A DNA stretch of 64,000 bases from Felis catus (GCF_018350175.1 NC_058368.1:165914001-165978000), one strand, 5' to 3'; positions 12,130-26,600 are shown, numbered from the stretch's first letter. Notes: generated from the sequence alone by a model not told the origin. Made by a program: numbers and translations.

Positions 12130-13415
12130 CCTCCCACTCATTGAACCATCCTTGAGAATTTGGCTACTATACCTACTACAACTCCCAAAATGTTCTTGCA
12201 AGGTAACATTTTTTTTGCTAAGTTCAATGCACATTTGAATTGTTATTGGTCTTGATTTCTCAGTGATATTAACAACTCACCTTTTTGGAATATTCTCTTA
12301 CTCAGGTTTGATAATAACTAAGTTTTCCTGCTTCACTTGACATTTCTTTAGCCTTTCCTTCTTTCTATCCTTCATGGATAGATATCTATCCCTTTCTCTC
12401 ATCCCTTTGTTTCCCCTTTTGATTTAGACTATCTTCAGCAAACTTCACCTAAGCCTATGGTTTCAGTACATTTTGACTACACATTTCCAGCTAAATATAT
12501 TAAACATCTTCATGTGGATGCCCACCCTAGTGCCACCCTAAACTTTAAAAGAAAACTCATTATCTTCAACAAATCTGCTCCTCCAATGTGTTTCTTTAGC
12601 AGACTGATGGTAATCTTGTCCACTTAAGTTGAAAACAAAGTGCTGACAGCAATTTTGACTTTCATCTCTCTTTCTATCCCTTTAGTAACCAAGCTCTATG
12701 AATTTCTTTTGCTAAATAGTTCTCCAGTTTGCAACAACTCTACCAGTTCAGGTAACTGTCATCATTCATTGGGATTACTTCAGCAGTCTCCCTCCAATGC
12801 AATCTTCCCCCCTCCAATTCAGATTCTGCACTGTGTACAGAGTGATGCCTCCAAAAAACATACATTCAATTGGATTACTATTTATTTATTTATTGGATTA
12901 TTCTTTATTTCAAAAGACGTTCACTGGCTCTCCATCACTCATCATCTACAACATCCAAATATTTCACAATCTGGCTGCTCTTTACCTTCCACTCTGATCT
13001 CTCATTGTCATCCATTTTTGCATATTTAACATCTATCAGTTATTCAAACATGCCACTATTTCACCCTGGCTTCCTCTCTTTAGAATTCTTCTCCACTTTC
13101 TCTGAACTCATTGATGACCTAGTATTTGTAATACATTTATTACATCATTTAGGTTTCATTTATTCTAAAACAGGTATCATTTACTCTCAGAATCCAAAAA
13201 CTTGGTCTAGTTTAGGCCAAATCTAGCCTAGATTAGAAGGCCTTCCAATGATACTTTTACACCCATTACACCATATTTTAGCTGTATCTATTTTCCTTGT
13301 TTGATTCTAAGAAAACATCCATAGGAATATTTACCACTGTTGTACCTGATCTTAGAAAAGTGCCAGAAGATTATAAGTGTTCAATAAATAAGTGCTAAAT
13401 GAGTAATTGACTGAT
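12130..13415 (+). mobile_element. L2 (3' ~1.3 kb, diverged)
   Basis: Pyrimidine-rich L2-like body ending in ataagtgttcaataaataagtgctaaatgagtaattgactga. Confidence 0.7.
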
Positions 13416-16400
13416 ATTAATATTTTCTAAAGATTTAGTAAAGCAGCATCAAAAAATTTACTTTTTGAGAAAAAGAAAGTATTTAGCCTTTGTTAAAGAT
13501 AATTAAACGCTTTATTTTTATTTTTAAGGAAGTACAAAAAAATTCCATGCTGCTAAAGTGGAAGGATTATGCCTTGCTCTCTCTGTGGTGTCCAGAACAT
13601 CAAGCCAGTGAGCATAGATTGAGTCAGATTTTTAAAGATGTAAATGAGTAAATAAATCATATAAGTTAGATAAACAAAATCAAGGGAATGTGTCATTTTC
13701 TCCTGTATGTCTAAAAAGTACCCCACTAAGACTAATATATTATGAAGATTGCAATCTGCTTCCCTGAATGATTTCCAGGGAACTAAATGAAGAAAGTACC
13801 AATCATTACAAGACAAACTTAAGGATGAAACTTCAAAACACAAAGTTGTGAGAAAGACTTTGTAAGATAGTATTGATACTGGTATCTTTGAATGCCAATT
13901 AAGTCTATAAAAACACATTAAAAAATGGCTAGTCTATACAAAATGACTTTTCTGCTACACGTGTAAGCAAAAATACAAATGAGTATTTTAAAATAAATTT
14001 TGACTCTGATCATCAGCAATTGAAGGTACTTAAAGACACATATATATAAAGCAAGAGAGAGATCACACACACAGCCTCCAAATCTACATGTAAATGGTAT
14101 TAAAGCTATGACTCAAACCAGCAAGAGTCAAGAAATTCAAATGCAAAGATAAAACATAATTCACATCACTGAGTTTTCTCTGGCTCCATCTGAAATTCCT
14201 CCAGAGGATCTTAATTAAGTCCATGTCTAGAAGCAAGTAAGCCTGAGGAAACCTAAGATTCTCTATCACCACTTAGGCAAAGGGTATTCCACAAGACCAC
14301 AGACAGAAGTGTGGACTAATCCTTCACAGTAACATAATGTGCAACACTGTGTACTCAGGGAGAAATATCTATTTTAAATTGCATTACACAACTACAGTAT
14401 ATCTACTCAGAATGGAAGCTATTTCTTTCATGGCTTGCTCACTGTAGATATTTCCTTTGGCAATGTACTTAGTAATACATTCATGATTATTAGAAAAAAG
14501 TAAAAATATATGTACAGTCATAACAAAAAATCATTGAAAAAATTGTTCTTCTCTTTAGGGTAGAAAACGCTAAAGATTTATTTTTTTTAAAAAGGCATCG
14601 TTCCAGTAAGACAAAGGTTTAAAAAATTATAGATGTCTTTTTCCCCTTCACTTAATCATATTAGCAATCTAAGTAAAACCTTCTAAATGCTTTCTGAAGT
14701 TATTGATTCTGTTGTAAAAATCTATCTGAACTATATCATAGAGTCATTAGCAGGTAATGTTATGCCTCACAAATTATGTACTGACAGAATTTACTGGTGA
14801 GGTAAGAGAATCAGGACTCATTGCCCATTCGCTCAACTAATTGTTGCTACTGTGTGCATTTTAAGCATGCAGTTTCTGCAAAACAGTTTTTAATGAGGCC
14901 ATTACTCTTTTTCTTATATTATTCCCCTAATTCCCTTCTATATTCTTTAAAACCCTAATCAGCAAAATCATTTACAAAACCACTTTATAAAGTGAAACAG
15001 TTAAGTGTAATGTGGTATCAATGGACTTAAGCGTTATACCTTTAATATGTGTATATTGTACTACTCAAAGGAAGTGAAGTCCATATATTTATTCAGTAAA
15101 TAATAATAATGGTCTTAATAAGGTATTATGCATTTTGGATGAGCTTTTAATGTAAAGCATATTTCCTAATATAGAAAATATACCAAAAGCCATCTTTCAA
15201 TTCTAGTAATTATCTTCCCAAGAATCTTACGAGCAGGAGCTTCCAAATGAATACTAATGAATTATACATCAATGAATTCTTTGGAAGAATCCCACACATC
15301 CAAAAGAGTTAATATTGAATATGAAATAGACATGCAAATTAACTGTATTAAGGCATGAAAAGTATATAAAAGCTGGCCAAAATGGTTAACTATTCCCAAT
15401 GAAAGAGGATAACTGCAATTCAACAGATTTAAATTCTAGGCCCAAGGGTAACAAAAATATAGATCAAAATAGGATGGTCTTCACCAGAATTTTCGGAGGA
15501 ATCATTGTTTTATGAGATGACACTACACAAATAGTACTTCTAGGGCCTAATGCCATTATCAACCAAATAGCAAAAGTCTAGAGCCAATGTAAAACTCGCA
15601 TGAACACTTTATATTTTAAATAACAGAAAATGCTTATATTCTTGGGTATTATGCTTTAATTTCAATAATATTGAAACTTCAATTTGGTTTAAAATATTCC
15701 AGTGGGAAAATTTCTAGGAATATTTAAGTATTCATTAGATACGTTGACTCTGAATTCCTTCTCTTCACACTGAAAATCTAAATGATTCCAGCTGAACATC
15801 TATAAACCCAAATACTGCATGTGACTGTGAGTATATGTGCATCTGAATATAATATGAAGTAGTATAACTATATTGTGTAACAATTGCTCCAATAATTAAT
15901 AACCAACAGTTTAATTCTAATTCTATATATAAAGGTCCATATCTTTTCTCCAAACTTTAGTATTGCATGTTCTCCATCTTGATGCCTGAATTATCTTCAA
16001 CTTAACATAAATGGCCTGCTCATAGGCCTCCTATTTTCTATTCCACCCTCTCCTTGTCCCATACATAATTCTTCACAGAGATATTAGAATGGATAGGAAA
16101 TAATATATGTAATTAACCAACATTTTGGCCATAGTTTGTGCAATAAACCCTACATTCCTGATTTTGGTCAGCAAAACCATATTGGATTTGTTCACAGATT
16201 TGTTCACAGTTTCATTTCCCTAGAGCTCAATCACAGCAATTGTAAATCTTAATTTGTTTCCAGATACTCCTCTTCCTTGCCTAGAATGCCAGCCCCTTTC
16301 CTGTTATTCTCTTCATGACTCATTATGCATTATGCATTTTCAAGGGACATGAAGGTCACCTTGTATACAGTATGTTGCCTGATACACCACTCTCAGTGGA

Positions 16401-17599
16401 GTATTATTTCTTACATAAAATTGAGTTAAATATTTATATTTATCATATTAGCCTGTCACCTACCTGATACTTTTTCTAGTTCGTTGTTTCACCATTTCTG
16501 TTACCTTGCCACATATATGATAACTGCTCAATAATTACTTTATAAAATATAGGCATTTTATAATCTCTTCCACATATATTCTATACGAAGGCTTGGAGGA
16601 ACAACTCCAGATTTGGGGGCTAAGAAGTTCTGGCTAACTCTTCAAGTCAATCACCTTCTGTGTCATAATGACACAGAGAGTTTGATACTAGAAAAACTAA
16701 GCCTATCAACACAGCATATTTTATGTCTATAGAAATAGAATGAGGAATGGACATTGACCTACTACAGGACAAGAAGAATTAAAAAATATTTTTGGGGTTC
16801 TCTTGTATTTATAACAGAACTTCAGTAAATAATTCCATTTTCATATGACAACAGCATATGGAGATGTTGCTAACTTACCTATTCTATTATATCTAGGATC
16901 TGTTTCACTGAATAAGCTTAGATTTATATTTAGCTTATTACTTACACCAGTTTCAACCAGACAGCTGGAGATTCAATGGGCTGAGATTATAATTTAAAAA
17001 TAATTTCAAATACATGTCTTTTTTAATGTTTTTATGACCAATCCAAAGTTATGTCCTCAGTGATCTACTTTTTCCTTTCTGTACAACCTCTTCCCAAATT
17101 CTTCCCTTAAACATCCCCCAAATTAGTTCTGTCTGGATCCCTTCCTGCTTCATCTTAATGGCTTTATAGTTTGATTTCATATTAACTGTTGTCATTATCA
17201 TAAGGAGAAGTTCCATTTCCAAGGCAACTCAGAGTACTAAAAACACTTCTGTCTCATTTAGGTTTCCTCTATTTAATTGGTCAAATTCAGAACACCTCAC
17301 AGGAATAATAAAAATGTCATAAGAATGTAAATATTCTTCAGCATCTTCCTTGCTATTTTCCTGCTCCTCCACAATATTTTTTAGCTTGCCTAAATTTATC
17401 AAAATAAACTTCTACCTTCCAACTAAACTAACCTAAGCTTTTATTAAATTAAATAAATCTTACTCTGATCTATATTCTCCATGCAACAAATATGAGTCCA
17501 GCTTACTTTCAAGATGGGAGTGAGGTTAACATATAGAAAAGGACAAAAAAAATTATGAAACTGTGTGAAATGGAGTTGGAAACTTGACTGCATATGCTT

Positions 17600-17705
17600 G
17601 ATCACCTTTTCATTCTAAATGTGAGTCAGTAAACTTCTCTGTGTTATAAGCCACCTCAAGTTTGGTATTTCGTTACCAGCAGTCAAAATTAATCCAACAA
17701 ACACA
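17600..17705 (+). mobile_element. MaLR (MLT1-type) LTR 3' end
   Basis: tgtgagtcagtaaacttctctgtgttataagccacctcaagtttggtatttcgttaccagcag...aaacaca. Confidence 0.65.
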
Positions 17706-17889
17706 ATCTCAAAAATACTACCAGATATAGACATACAGATAAATAATATAAATGCCTTATAGTAATATGATATCTGTCTACCTTTCCATATCCTATCATT
17801 ATTTGTTTTAGGAAGGGAGAAAAAAATTATCTTGATAAAAAGAAGACATAACATTTTTTTCCAGGACAAAACATTTTTAAAAGATTTTT

Positions 17890-18365
17890 AAGTTCCTTTT
17901 TATGACTGAATGATATTCCATTGTATGGCCCTACCACATTTTGCTTATCCACTCATCAGTTAATGGACATTTTGATTGTTTCCCCTTTTTGGTATTAGAA
18001 ATAATGCTGCTGCGTATATCTGTATGTTTTGTGTGAACATTTTGTCTTTTCAATTCTTTTGGGTATGCACTAGGTGTGAATCAGCTGGGTAATATGGTAA
18101 CTGTATGCTTAATTTTTCTGAGAAACTGTCAAACTGTTTTCCATAGTAGCTGCACTATTTTATACTCTGAATATAAATATGTGAAGTATCCAGTTTCTCT
18201 ACATCTTCCCCAACATTTGTTATTTTTCACTGCTTAATTATAGACAACCTAAAAGGTGTGGAACACGCAGAACACAGATAAACTTTGAAAAAATATGCTA
18301 AGTGAAATAAGTTGGATATAAAAGGTCATATTTTATATAATTCTATTTATACAAAATGTAGGTAT
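17890..18365. mobile_element. Old L1 (L1MB-like) with 5' inversion
   Basis: 17890-18262 is antisense ORF2 end; about 18270-18365 is the sense continuation (aactttgaaaaaatatgctaagtgaaataag). Confidence 0.7.
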
Positions 18366-18407
18366 TTTTATGTGAATACATTTTTAAAATTCGTCTAATT
18401 GAATATT

Positions 18408-18637
18408 CTTTTTTTATTTAAAAATTTTTATCATGTTTATTTACTTTGAGAGAGAGAGAGAGGGAGAGAGAGAGCACAGGGGAGGGGCAGATAGAGAGGG
18501 AGACACAAAATTCAAAGCAGGCTCCAGGCTCTGAGCTATCAGCACAGAGCCCGATGTGGGGTTTGAACCCACAAGCTGTGAGATCATGACCTGAGTTGAA
18601 GTCAGATGTTTAACCGACTGAGCCACCCAGGTGCCCC
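18408..18637 (-). mobile_element. Can-SINE
   Basis: Ends ccacccaggtgcccc, with (GA)n tract and T tail. Confidence 0.96.
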
Positions 18638-19049
18638 TATAATTTTCAAGTAACTATTTTTTCCTTTATTTTTGTTTCTTTTTCTTTCCCTAATTTCACG
18701 CCATCTCTATATCTTGTATATTCTTTTTAGTTTGTAATGTTTACATCTTACCTTCTTAAATTGTATACTTAATTCCCCTATTTTTAGCCTTTCTATGATA
18801 ATTAACTAAATATTTCAGGCATTCCTTCTTAGGAGTGTTTGAGCCATGCATAACATAAAACTTTCCATTTTTTGGTCAGTTATAGGTTAATTGCAGCTAT
18901 TTTCCTTTTGACTTTTGGTTATTAGGGTTTCTAATTTTCAGTAAGGTAGAGTTTTAAAATTTTATTCTGTTTTTGCTACATTATGGTCAAAGAAAAATAC
19001 ATACATATGTATACATATATAATGTATGGATATACATAGACTTCACTTA

Positions 19050-21370
19050 AAAAAAAAACAGCTTCAGTTTCACACCAAAATTGAAGGGAAGGTACAGTTA
19101 TTTCACATATAACCTCTGCCCCAACACATGTATAGCTTTCCCCATTATACCAGGGTAGCATATTTGTTAAAACTGATAAACCTATATTTATGTTCATAAT
19201 CAAAGTCCAGAGTACATTGTGATTCACTCTTGGTGTTATACAGTCTATGTGTTTGGACAACTGAGGAATGACATGTATCCATTATTATGATATCAAAGAT
19301 TATATTCAATGCCCCCAAATCTTCCGGTCTCTGCCTATTCATTACTCCCACTCCTCCTCCAATCCCTGGTAATCACTCACCTTTTTACTGTCTCTACAGT
19401 TTTGACTCTTACAGAATGTTATGTAGTTAATATAGTATGTAGTCTTTTCAGATTGGTTTCTTTCACTTAGTAATATGCATTTAAGGTTTTTCCTTGTCTT
19501 TTCATTGATTGACAAATCAATTCTTTTTTTTTTGACAATTCAATTATTTTTATCATTAAACAATATGCCATTGCCTGGCTGTACCCCTCTATATTTACCC
19601 ATTCACCTACTGGAGGACATGTTGGTCACTTCCAGTGATAATGAATAGAGCTTCTATAAACAAGAACGTAAAGTTCTTGTGTGAACAACATTCTCCAACT
19701 TCTTTGAGTAAAAACCAAGGAGCAGGACTGCTAGATTCTATGGTAAGAGTACATTTGGGTTTGTAAGAAGCCACCAAACTATTCTCCGATGTGACTGCAT
19801 CATTTTTACATTTTAACCAGCAATGAATGAGAGTTCCTGTTGCTCCACATTCTTGCCAGCATTTGATGGAGACAGGGTTTCAAATTTTGGCCATTCTCAT
19901 AGGTGTGTGGTGGTATGTCATTGCTGTTTCAATTTACATTTCCCTGATGACATAGGATATGGATTATCTTTTCCTATGCTTATTTGTCATCTGTATAACT
20001 TATTTGATGAGCTGTATATTGAGGTCTTCGTCCTAGTTTAAAAGCAGGTTGGTTGTTTTCTTATTGTTGACTTTTAAAAGTTCCCTATTTTGGGTAATAG
20101 TCTATCAGTGTCTTTTGCAAATACTTTTTCACAGTTTCTGGCTTTTGTAGAACAGAGAGGAATTTTTAATTTTAATGAAGTACAGTTTATCAATTATTTT
20201 TCTTAGTGTTGTATCTAAATAGTCATCATGATATTTAAGATCATGTACATTTTCTCCTAGTTATTTTTGAGGGGTTTCATAGTTTTGCTTTTAAATCCAG
20301 GTCTGGATCCACTTTTACTTAATTTTTCTGAAGGGTGTAGGGTCTGTGTCTAGAGTCATTGTTTGCATGTGAATATCTAGTTGTTTCAGCCCCCATTCGT
20401 TGTTCCATTTTATTACTTTTGCCCCTTTGTCAAATATCAGTTGACTATATTATTTCTAGGCTCTCTATTCTGTTCCATTGATTTGTATGTTTACTCTAGC
20501 AATAACACAGCACTGTATGGATTATTGTAGCCTTAAAATAAATCTGAAGCTGGGAAGTGTCAGTTACCCAACTTTGTTCTTCTCCCTCAGTACTGAACTG
20601 GTTATATTGGGTCTTTGCCTCTCCAAATAAACTTTAGAATCTGTTTGTCAATAGTTTGTCAATATCCACAAAATAACTTCCTGAGATTGCACTGAATCTA
20701 TTGATCAAGTTTGGAAGAAATGTTATCTTGACAATGTTGAGTCTTTCAATCCATGAATATAAAATATCTCACAATTTATTTAGTTCTTTGATTTAATTCA
20801 TCAAAAGATTATAGTTTTCCTTGTAGACACCTTGCGCACGTTTTGGTTAGATTTATACTTGAGTATTTATTTATGGGGAGTAGTAATGTAAACAATATTG
20901 TGCTTTTAATTTCAAATTTTACTTGGTCACTGATATATAGGATAATATTTGACTTTTGTATATTAACTTTGTATCCTGCAATCTTGCTCTATCACTTATT
21001 AGTACCAGAAGTTCTTTGTTCAGTTTTTGGGGGGATCATGTACAAGGTGATTATGTCATCTATGAACAATGATAGCTTTATGTCTTCATTCCCCATAGAT
21101 ATACTTTTTTTCTCCTGTGGCATTAGCTAGAACGTCCAGTGGAATACTGAAAAAAGGTGATATGAGTGGTAAGAGGCAAGAATGTCTTGTACCCGATCTA
21201 ATTGGGAAAACTTCAAGTTTGTCACCATTACCTATAATGTTGGCTGTAGATTTTCTGTATATATTCTTTACCAAGTTGAGGAAGATCCTGTCTATTCATA
21301 GTTACTGAGAGTTTTATCATGAATGGGTATTGGATTTTATCAAATGATTTTCCTGTGCCTATTTTTAGGA
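19050..21370 (-). mobile_element. L1MC1/2-like, 3' 2.3 kb
   Basis: 3' end caaaattgaagggaaggtacag...; ORF 21086-21274 (STANIIGNGDKLEVFPIRSGTRHSCLL) is an L1 reverse-transcriptase remnant. Confidence 0.85.
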
Positions 21371-21379
21371 TCCATGAGA

Positions 21380-22015
21380 AAATAATTGCAATACCTCCTG
21401 AAGACTAATTCTATTTTATTTTTATATAAATCCATTAGAAAAAAAATAACTAAATGGAAAAATGAGAAAAATATATTTATAGGCAGGACACAGAAAAATA
21501 TTAAACAAAATAAAAATGAAGTTATTCTAAATATAGGAAAATGCTGTCTTACTCATAATCTGAAGAATATGTGAAATAAAATCACAAAGTACAATGTTTT
21601 ACCTATCAGAGAAAAATAAACTTTGTACACATTTGGTAAAACCAAGTGTTTACTTGGAAATTAGGCACTGGTATTCTTTACGTTGTCCACGTCAACTGTG
21701 GCAACATTTTGGAAGCTGATTTGGAAATAAATTTACCAGTTACACTAATAATCCACCAATCTAGGAAAGGGCACTACTTTGCCATGATGTAAATGAAAGG
21801 ATATTTATGGCAGCATTGTTTCAATATAATCAATTTGTAAATAAAAATAAATCTATTGAAATAGGACTAATTAAATTAACCATGGCACAGGTTTAAATTA
21901 AAATACCATATAAGGTTTAAAGCAAATGATTCACACCTATCTTTCCTGATATAAAAATTTCATAAAATATGTTAACTGGAAATCAGGTGACACAAGAACA
22001 TGTACAGTATTTTGT
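21380..22015 (+). mobile_element. Old L1 (L1ME-like) ORF2 3' fragment
   Basis: Degenerate sense L1 motifs such as ggatatttatggcagcattgtttcaata. Confidence 0.6.
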
Positions 22016-22020
22016 TTTAT

Positions 22021-22268
22021 GGGCATCTGGGTGGCTCAGTGAGTTGAATGTCTCACTCTTGGTTTTGGCTCAGGTCATGATGTCATGGTTCATGGGACTG
22101 AGCCCTGGATTAGGCTCCATGCTGACAGTGTGGAGCCTGCTTGGGATCCTCTCTCTGCTCCTCCCCTCCCAAAATGAATAAAAATAAAATAAAATAAAAT
22201 AAAATAAAATAAAATAAAATAAAGTAAAGTAAAATAAAATAAAATAAAATAAAATAAAATAAAATAAA
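22021..22268 (+). mobile_element. Older Can-SINE with expanded (AAAAT)n tail
   Basis: Head gggcatctgggtggctcag; pentamer tail at about 22177-22268. Confidence 0.95.
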
Positions 22269-23544
22269 ATTTTAACATACATACATACACAAATTTATGA
22301 TTGAAAAAGGTCAGTGAGTTGATAAGGCAATTGTAGTATTTATTCTGTTTTTTTCTTTTCAGTCTAAATTACTTTATTCCATTTTTTACTATTAGCTTCT
22401 ATCAATTTTATAAAATACAAATGGTGATTTAAAACTTTATTTAATTTAAATCTATTTAATTGCTAAGTAGTTTCAAGGTTGGGATAAAGACTTATTGAAT
22501 GCTTAAGTCAATTTAGTTTCCCCAGTTCATGAACTGAACTCTTATGATTTATTCAGTTAAGATCCCAAAATATGAGAAGCAAAAGAGTAGCAGGAAAAAG
22601 TTTTCCTTGGAGAAATTACAAAAGTCATGACAATTGGTGGCAAACATGTAAAGATAAAGAAAGTATACACATAGATTATCAAAGACTGCTATTTTCCCCC
22701 CCAATAAGGAATACACTCTAATTTCTTATCAAATATTAGATGAAAATAAATGGAAATAGAACTGCAAAGAACTGGGCAACACGAAACTATATATATCACT
22801 TATCATGAAGAAAGCTGAGTGACAATCATTAACAAAGATAAGGGCATGTCATAAAGAAGAGGGCATTATACAATTTGAGTCTTGGAATCATGTTGCTTCT
22901 CTTTATCCTCTACAATGAGGAATGCAATCTATATATAAAAATTACTCATAGTTTTGGAATATAAACTATCTGAATAGCTCCTGGCTCTTGGAAACAATGT
23001 GATAAGTGATTCAAAGGTGGGGATGAGGAAGTTGAAGTAAAATAAGAATGTTAATCAAAATTTATGTATAATATCTTGAATTTTGCTTAAAGATGGCTAA
23101 TCCTATGCAGAAAAAAAGACATCCAAATTTTGAAAAAAATTCAATCCAAATTCTGGATTGAATTTACTATTAGTGACTATAATAATTTGGGTGTCATTTC
23201 CCCTCAAATATCATAAAATATGTGGTTTATTTCTTCAGAAATAAGTTTCTTGCTATTTTTTAACTTTAATGATATTGTTCTAAATAGGCATTTTTTTAAA
23301 TCAAGCAGCCTCTTTACAAAATCAGGAACCATCATGAATTCATTTATTTTCAAATATTATGAGTTGGCTATTTTGGTTTCCCTAATACAGTATGGAGATG
23401 CATGAGGAGTTGGGGAATCAATATTGATTGGCTTTCTTTTGTGAGAATTAACTTAGAATTGAAAACAAACATAGCTTACTATTTAGAAATCTTATTCAAT
23501 AGAAATTACTACTTTCAGAAGCAAGTTTTTAGGTAGCTGACATT

Positions 23545-23810
23545 TATAGAGCATTTATTTTATCCTATGACATTTATTTTATTCTATGCCAGGAACTATA
23601 TACATAAAGTGATGCCCACTTTATTTATAACATCTCACTCGTGCCTCTAAAAACCTTCTGCAGTAGGTAACATTATCCTTTATCACAGAGGGGAAGACTG
23701 ATTTAGAAAAGTAAGTAATTGCCCAAGGTAAAAATAGTGCTTGTACAGTAACCGACTTATATTCAAACCCAGACCTTTCTGATTACAAGGCCCAAGATCT
23801 TCCCATTGAC
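23545..23810 (-). mobile_element. MIR
   Basis: attatcctttatcacagaggggaagactgatttagaaaagtaagtaattgcccaagg ... attcaaacccagacctttctgattac. Confidence 0.75.
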
Positions 23811-24150
23811 TCTATGATGCCTTCTCCAGTGAAACAATCCCAGATCCATAGATGAATTTATTAATACTAACCCATCGCTGCTGAATGCTTTTATTTTTAA
23901 AAATGCTTGTTGTATTATGGAAATTTTCAAACATACACAAAAGGGGCATAAATGGTATTATGAATCCCAAGTGTCCATTATCACCTAGAGTCAAAAATAT
24001 GTGCAAATTTACACAGATTTAGTATTAGATATTAAGAAATTATTGTTAATTTTATGTAGTATGATAATTTCTTAATATCTTTTAGTATCCAATCTCTGTA
24101 CATTATCCTAGATTTTCTAAAAATTGTCTTTTTTCTCATTTAAATTTTTA

Positions 24151-24344
24151 GAAATTTTTTAAAGTTCATTCATTTACTCTGGAAAGAGACAGAGATAGAA
24201 AAAAAGGGAGACAGAGAATCTCAAGCAGGCTCTGCACTGTCAGTGCAGAGTCCAACATGGGGCTCAAACTCAAAACCGTGAGATCATGACCTGAGTGGAT
24301 ATCAAGAGTTGGACACTCAACTGACTGAGCCACCAAGGCACCCC
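24151..24344 (-). mobile_element. Can-SINE
   Basis: TSD taaattttta at 24141-24150 and 24345-24354. Confidence 0.95.
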
Positions 24345-24779
24345 TAAATTTTTATAACTTTTATGTCTTAGGTGACTTTGAATTTATATTTCCATTTCTT
24401 CCACTTTTCTTTAACTCATTTACTTAAAAAAAAAAACTGAATTACTTTCCTCTAAAATTCCCCATAGTCTTGATTTGATTTCTTGTGTTCTTACTGTATC
24501 ATTTAACATGCCTTTCTCTATGCTTCATATTTTCTGCAAACTGGTGGTTATAGACTTTATAAATTCAATTTAAATTATTCTAGAAAGAATATTTCTTAAA
24601 TGGTATGAGTTCTTCCTAGTGTATCATTATCAGAAAGCACTTAATGTAAGTCTGTAACATTCTGAATAACGTTCAGGGGTTGTCATACAGATTCATTTAT
24701 CATGAAGTTCTTCATCAGCTCTTCACCCAATAGTTTTAATAGCCATTGATGTTTTTACCTAGGTGCATTATTGCATTAT

Positions 24780-26600
24780 TTGTTCTGAGGTGTAATTCAA
24801 ATGCCATAAAATTCACCTTCTCAAGTGTAAAGTCCAAACGTTTTTAGTATGTTCACAGGGTTGAGCAACTATCAGCACTAATTCCAGTTTATTCTAATGT
24901 GTTTTAGTCTCTATAAATCTGCCTATTCTGAACATTTCATAAAAGCAGAATCACAAAACATGTAATATGTCCTGTCTGACTCCCTCACTTAGCACAATAT
25001 TCATGTTGAAACATGTATCAGTACTTCATTCACTTTTATGGCTGGCAAATATTTTATTGTATGGATATATGACATTTCATATATTCATTGATCTGTTGAT
25101 AGACATTTGAGTTGTTTCTACTCTTTAGTTATGAATAATGCTATGTATATTCATATACAATTTTCATGAACATATGTTTTCAATTTTGGGGTATATACCT
25201 ACTTGTAGAATTGTTGTGTCATATGATAGCTCTATGTTTAACTGTTTGAAGAACTTACAGAAGTCACTTCCAAGTGACTGTATAATTTTATACTATCTCA
25301 AATAATAAATCAGGATTCAAATTTCTCCAAATCCTCTTCAACACTTGTTATTGTATATCTTTTTGATCATAGCCATGCTAGTGAATGTGATTGGTTTATT
25401 ATTTGTTGATTTGCACTTTCTTTTTAATTTTTTTTAATGTTTTTATTTATTTTTGAGACAGAGCGAGACAAAGCATGAGCAGGGGAGGGGCAGAGAGAGG
25501 GGGAGACGCAGAATCTGGAGCAGGCTCCAGGTTCTGAGCTGTTAGCACAGAGCCTGACATGGGGTTTGAACTCACGGAATGTGAGATCATTACCTAAGCT
25601 GAAGCTGGACACTTAACCAATTAAGCCACCCAGGCGCCCCTGATTTGCACTTTCTTAATGATGTTAAGAATCTTTTCATGTGTTTACTGACCATTTGTAC
25701 AACTTATTTGGAGAAATTTCCATCCAAATCCTTTGTATGTACTTAAAACATTAGTTTGTTATCTTATTGTGTTGTAACAATTCTTTATATATTTCAAAAT
25801 ACTAGTCCCTCATCAGATGTATGATTTGCACATATCTCCCCCATTTTTTGAGTTGTCTTGTTTTTACTTTCTTGACAATGTTCTCTATAGCACAAAAGTT
25901 TCTTTTTTTTTTAATTTTGATGAAGTCCAATTTATCTATTTCTTCTTCAGTTGCTGGTATTTTAGTGTCATATCTAAGAAACTAATGCCTATTCCTAGTC
26001 ATGAAGATTTATATCTGTGAAGATTTACAGTTTTGTTTTCTTATAAGGTTTTTATAGTTTTATCTCTTACATTTAGGTCTTTTATCTATTTTGAGTTAAA
26101 TTTTTATAGTGTCAGGTAGGTGTACAGATTATTTATTTTGTATGGGAATATCCTGTTGTTCCAGCATCATTTGTTAGAAAGACTATACTTTCTCCCAACC
26201 AATATTCTTGGCACCATTGTCAAAAATCACTTGACCATGAGTTTATGGGTTTATTTACAGACTCTTGATTTCATTCCATTGATTTGTATGTCATTTTTAT
26301 GTCAGTACCATGTAGTTTAATGACCACAGATTCTCTAAATTAATTTTGTAAAGCCTGTAGTATTTATTGTGTGTGACCTGAAGCCTCTGCTTGGGTAGCT
26401 TACTGGTCATCTAATGATGGGACAGATATTGTCTTAAATTTCTAGAACCAATAAAGTCTACCCATGCTTGTCTGCCAAGGGGCTGTACATGTGTATTGGG
26501 ATATGCCTTTAATGCTCAGCCAGGCAGTTGACAACTATGCCTTAGCCTTTACTTCCTATTTGTACAGAACTTCTAGGTCAACCAGACATGAGAATTCCAT
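24780..26600 (-). mobile_element. L1MB-like element: 3' end and ORF2 joined to putative 5'-region sequence
   Basis: 3' end tgaggtgtaattcaaatgccataaaattcacc; antisense ORF2 to about 26327; 26330-26600 resembles old L1 5'UTR. Confidence 0.75.
25423..25640 (-). mobile_element. Can-SINE
   Basis: TSD tgatttgcactttctt at 25407-25422 and 25641-25656. Confidence 0.97.

Noticed and set aside
13529..13646. Possible plus-strand exon (ttttaag|GAAGTACAA..., reading EVQKNSMLLKWKDYALLSLWCPEHQASEHRLSQIFKDVN)
   Set aside because: Good acceptor but weak donor (gtaaat), unrecognised peptide and no partner exons; RNA-seq or conservation would be needed.
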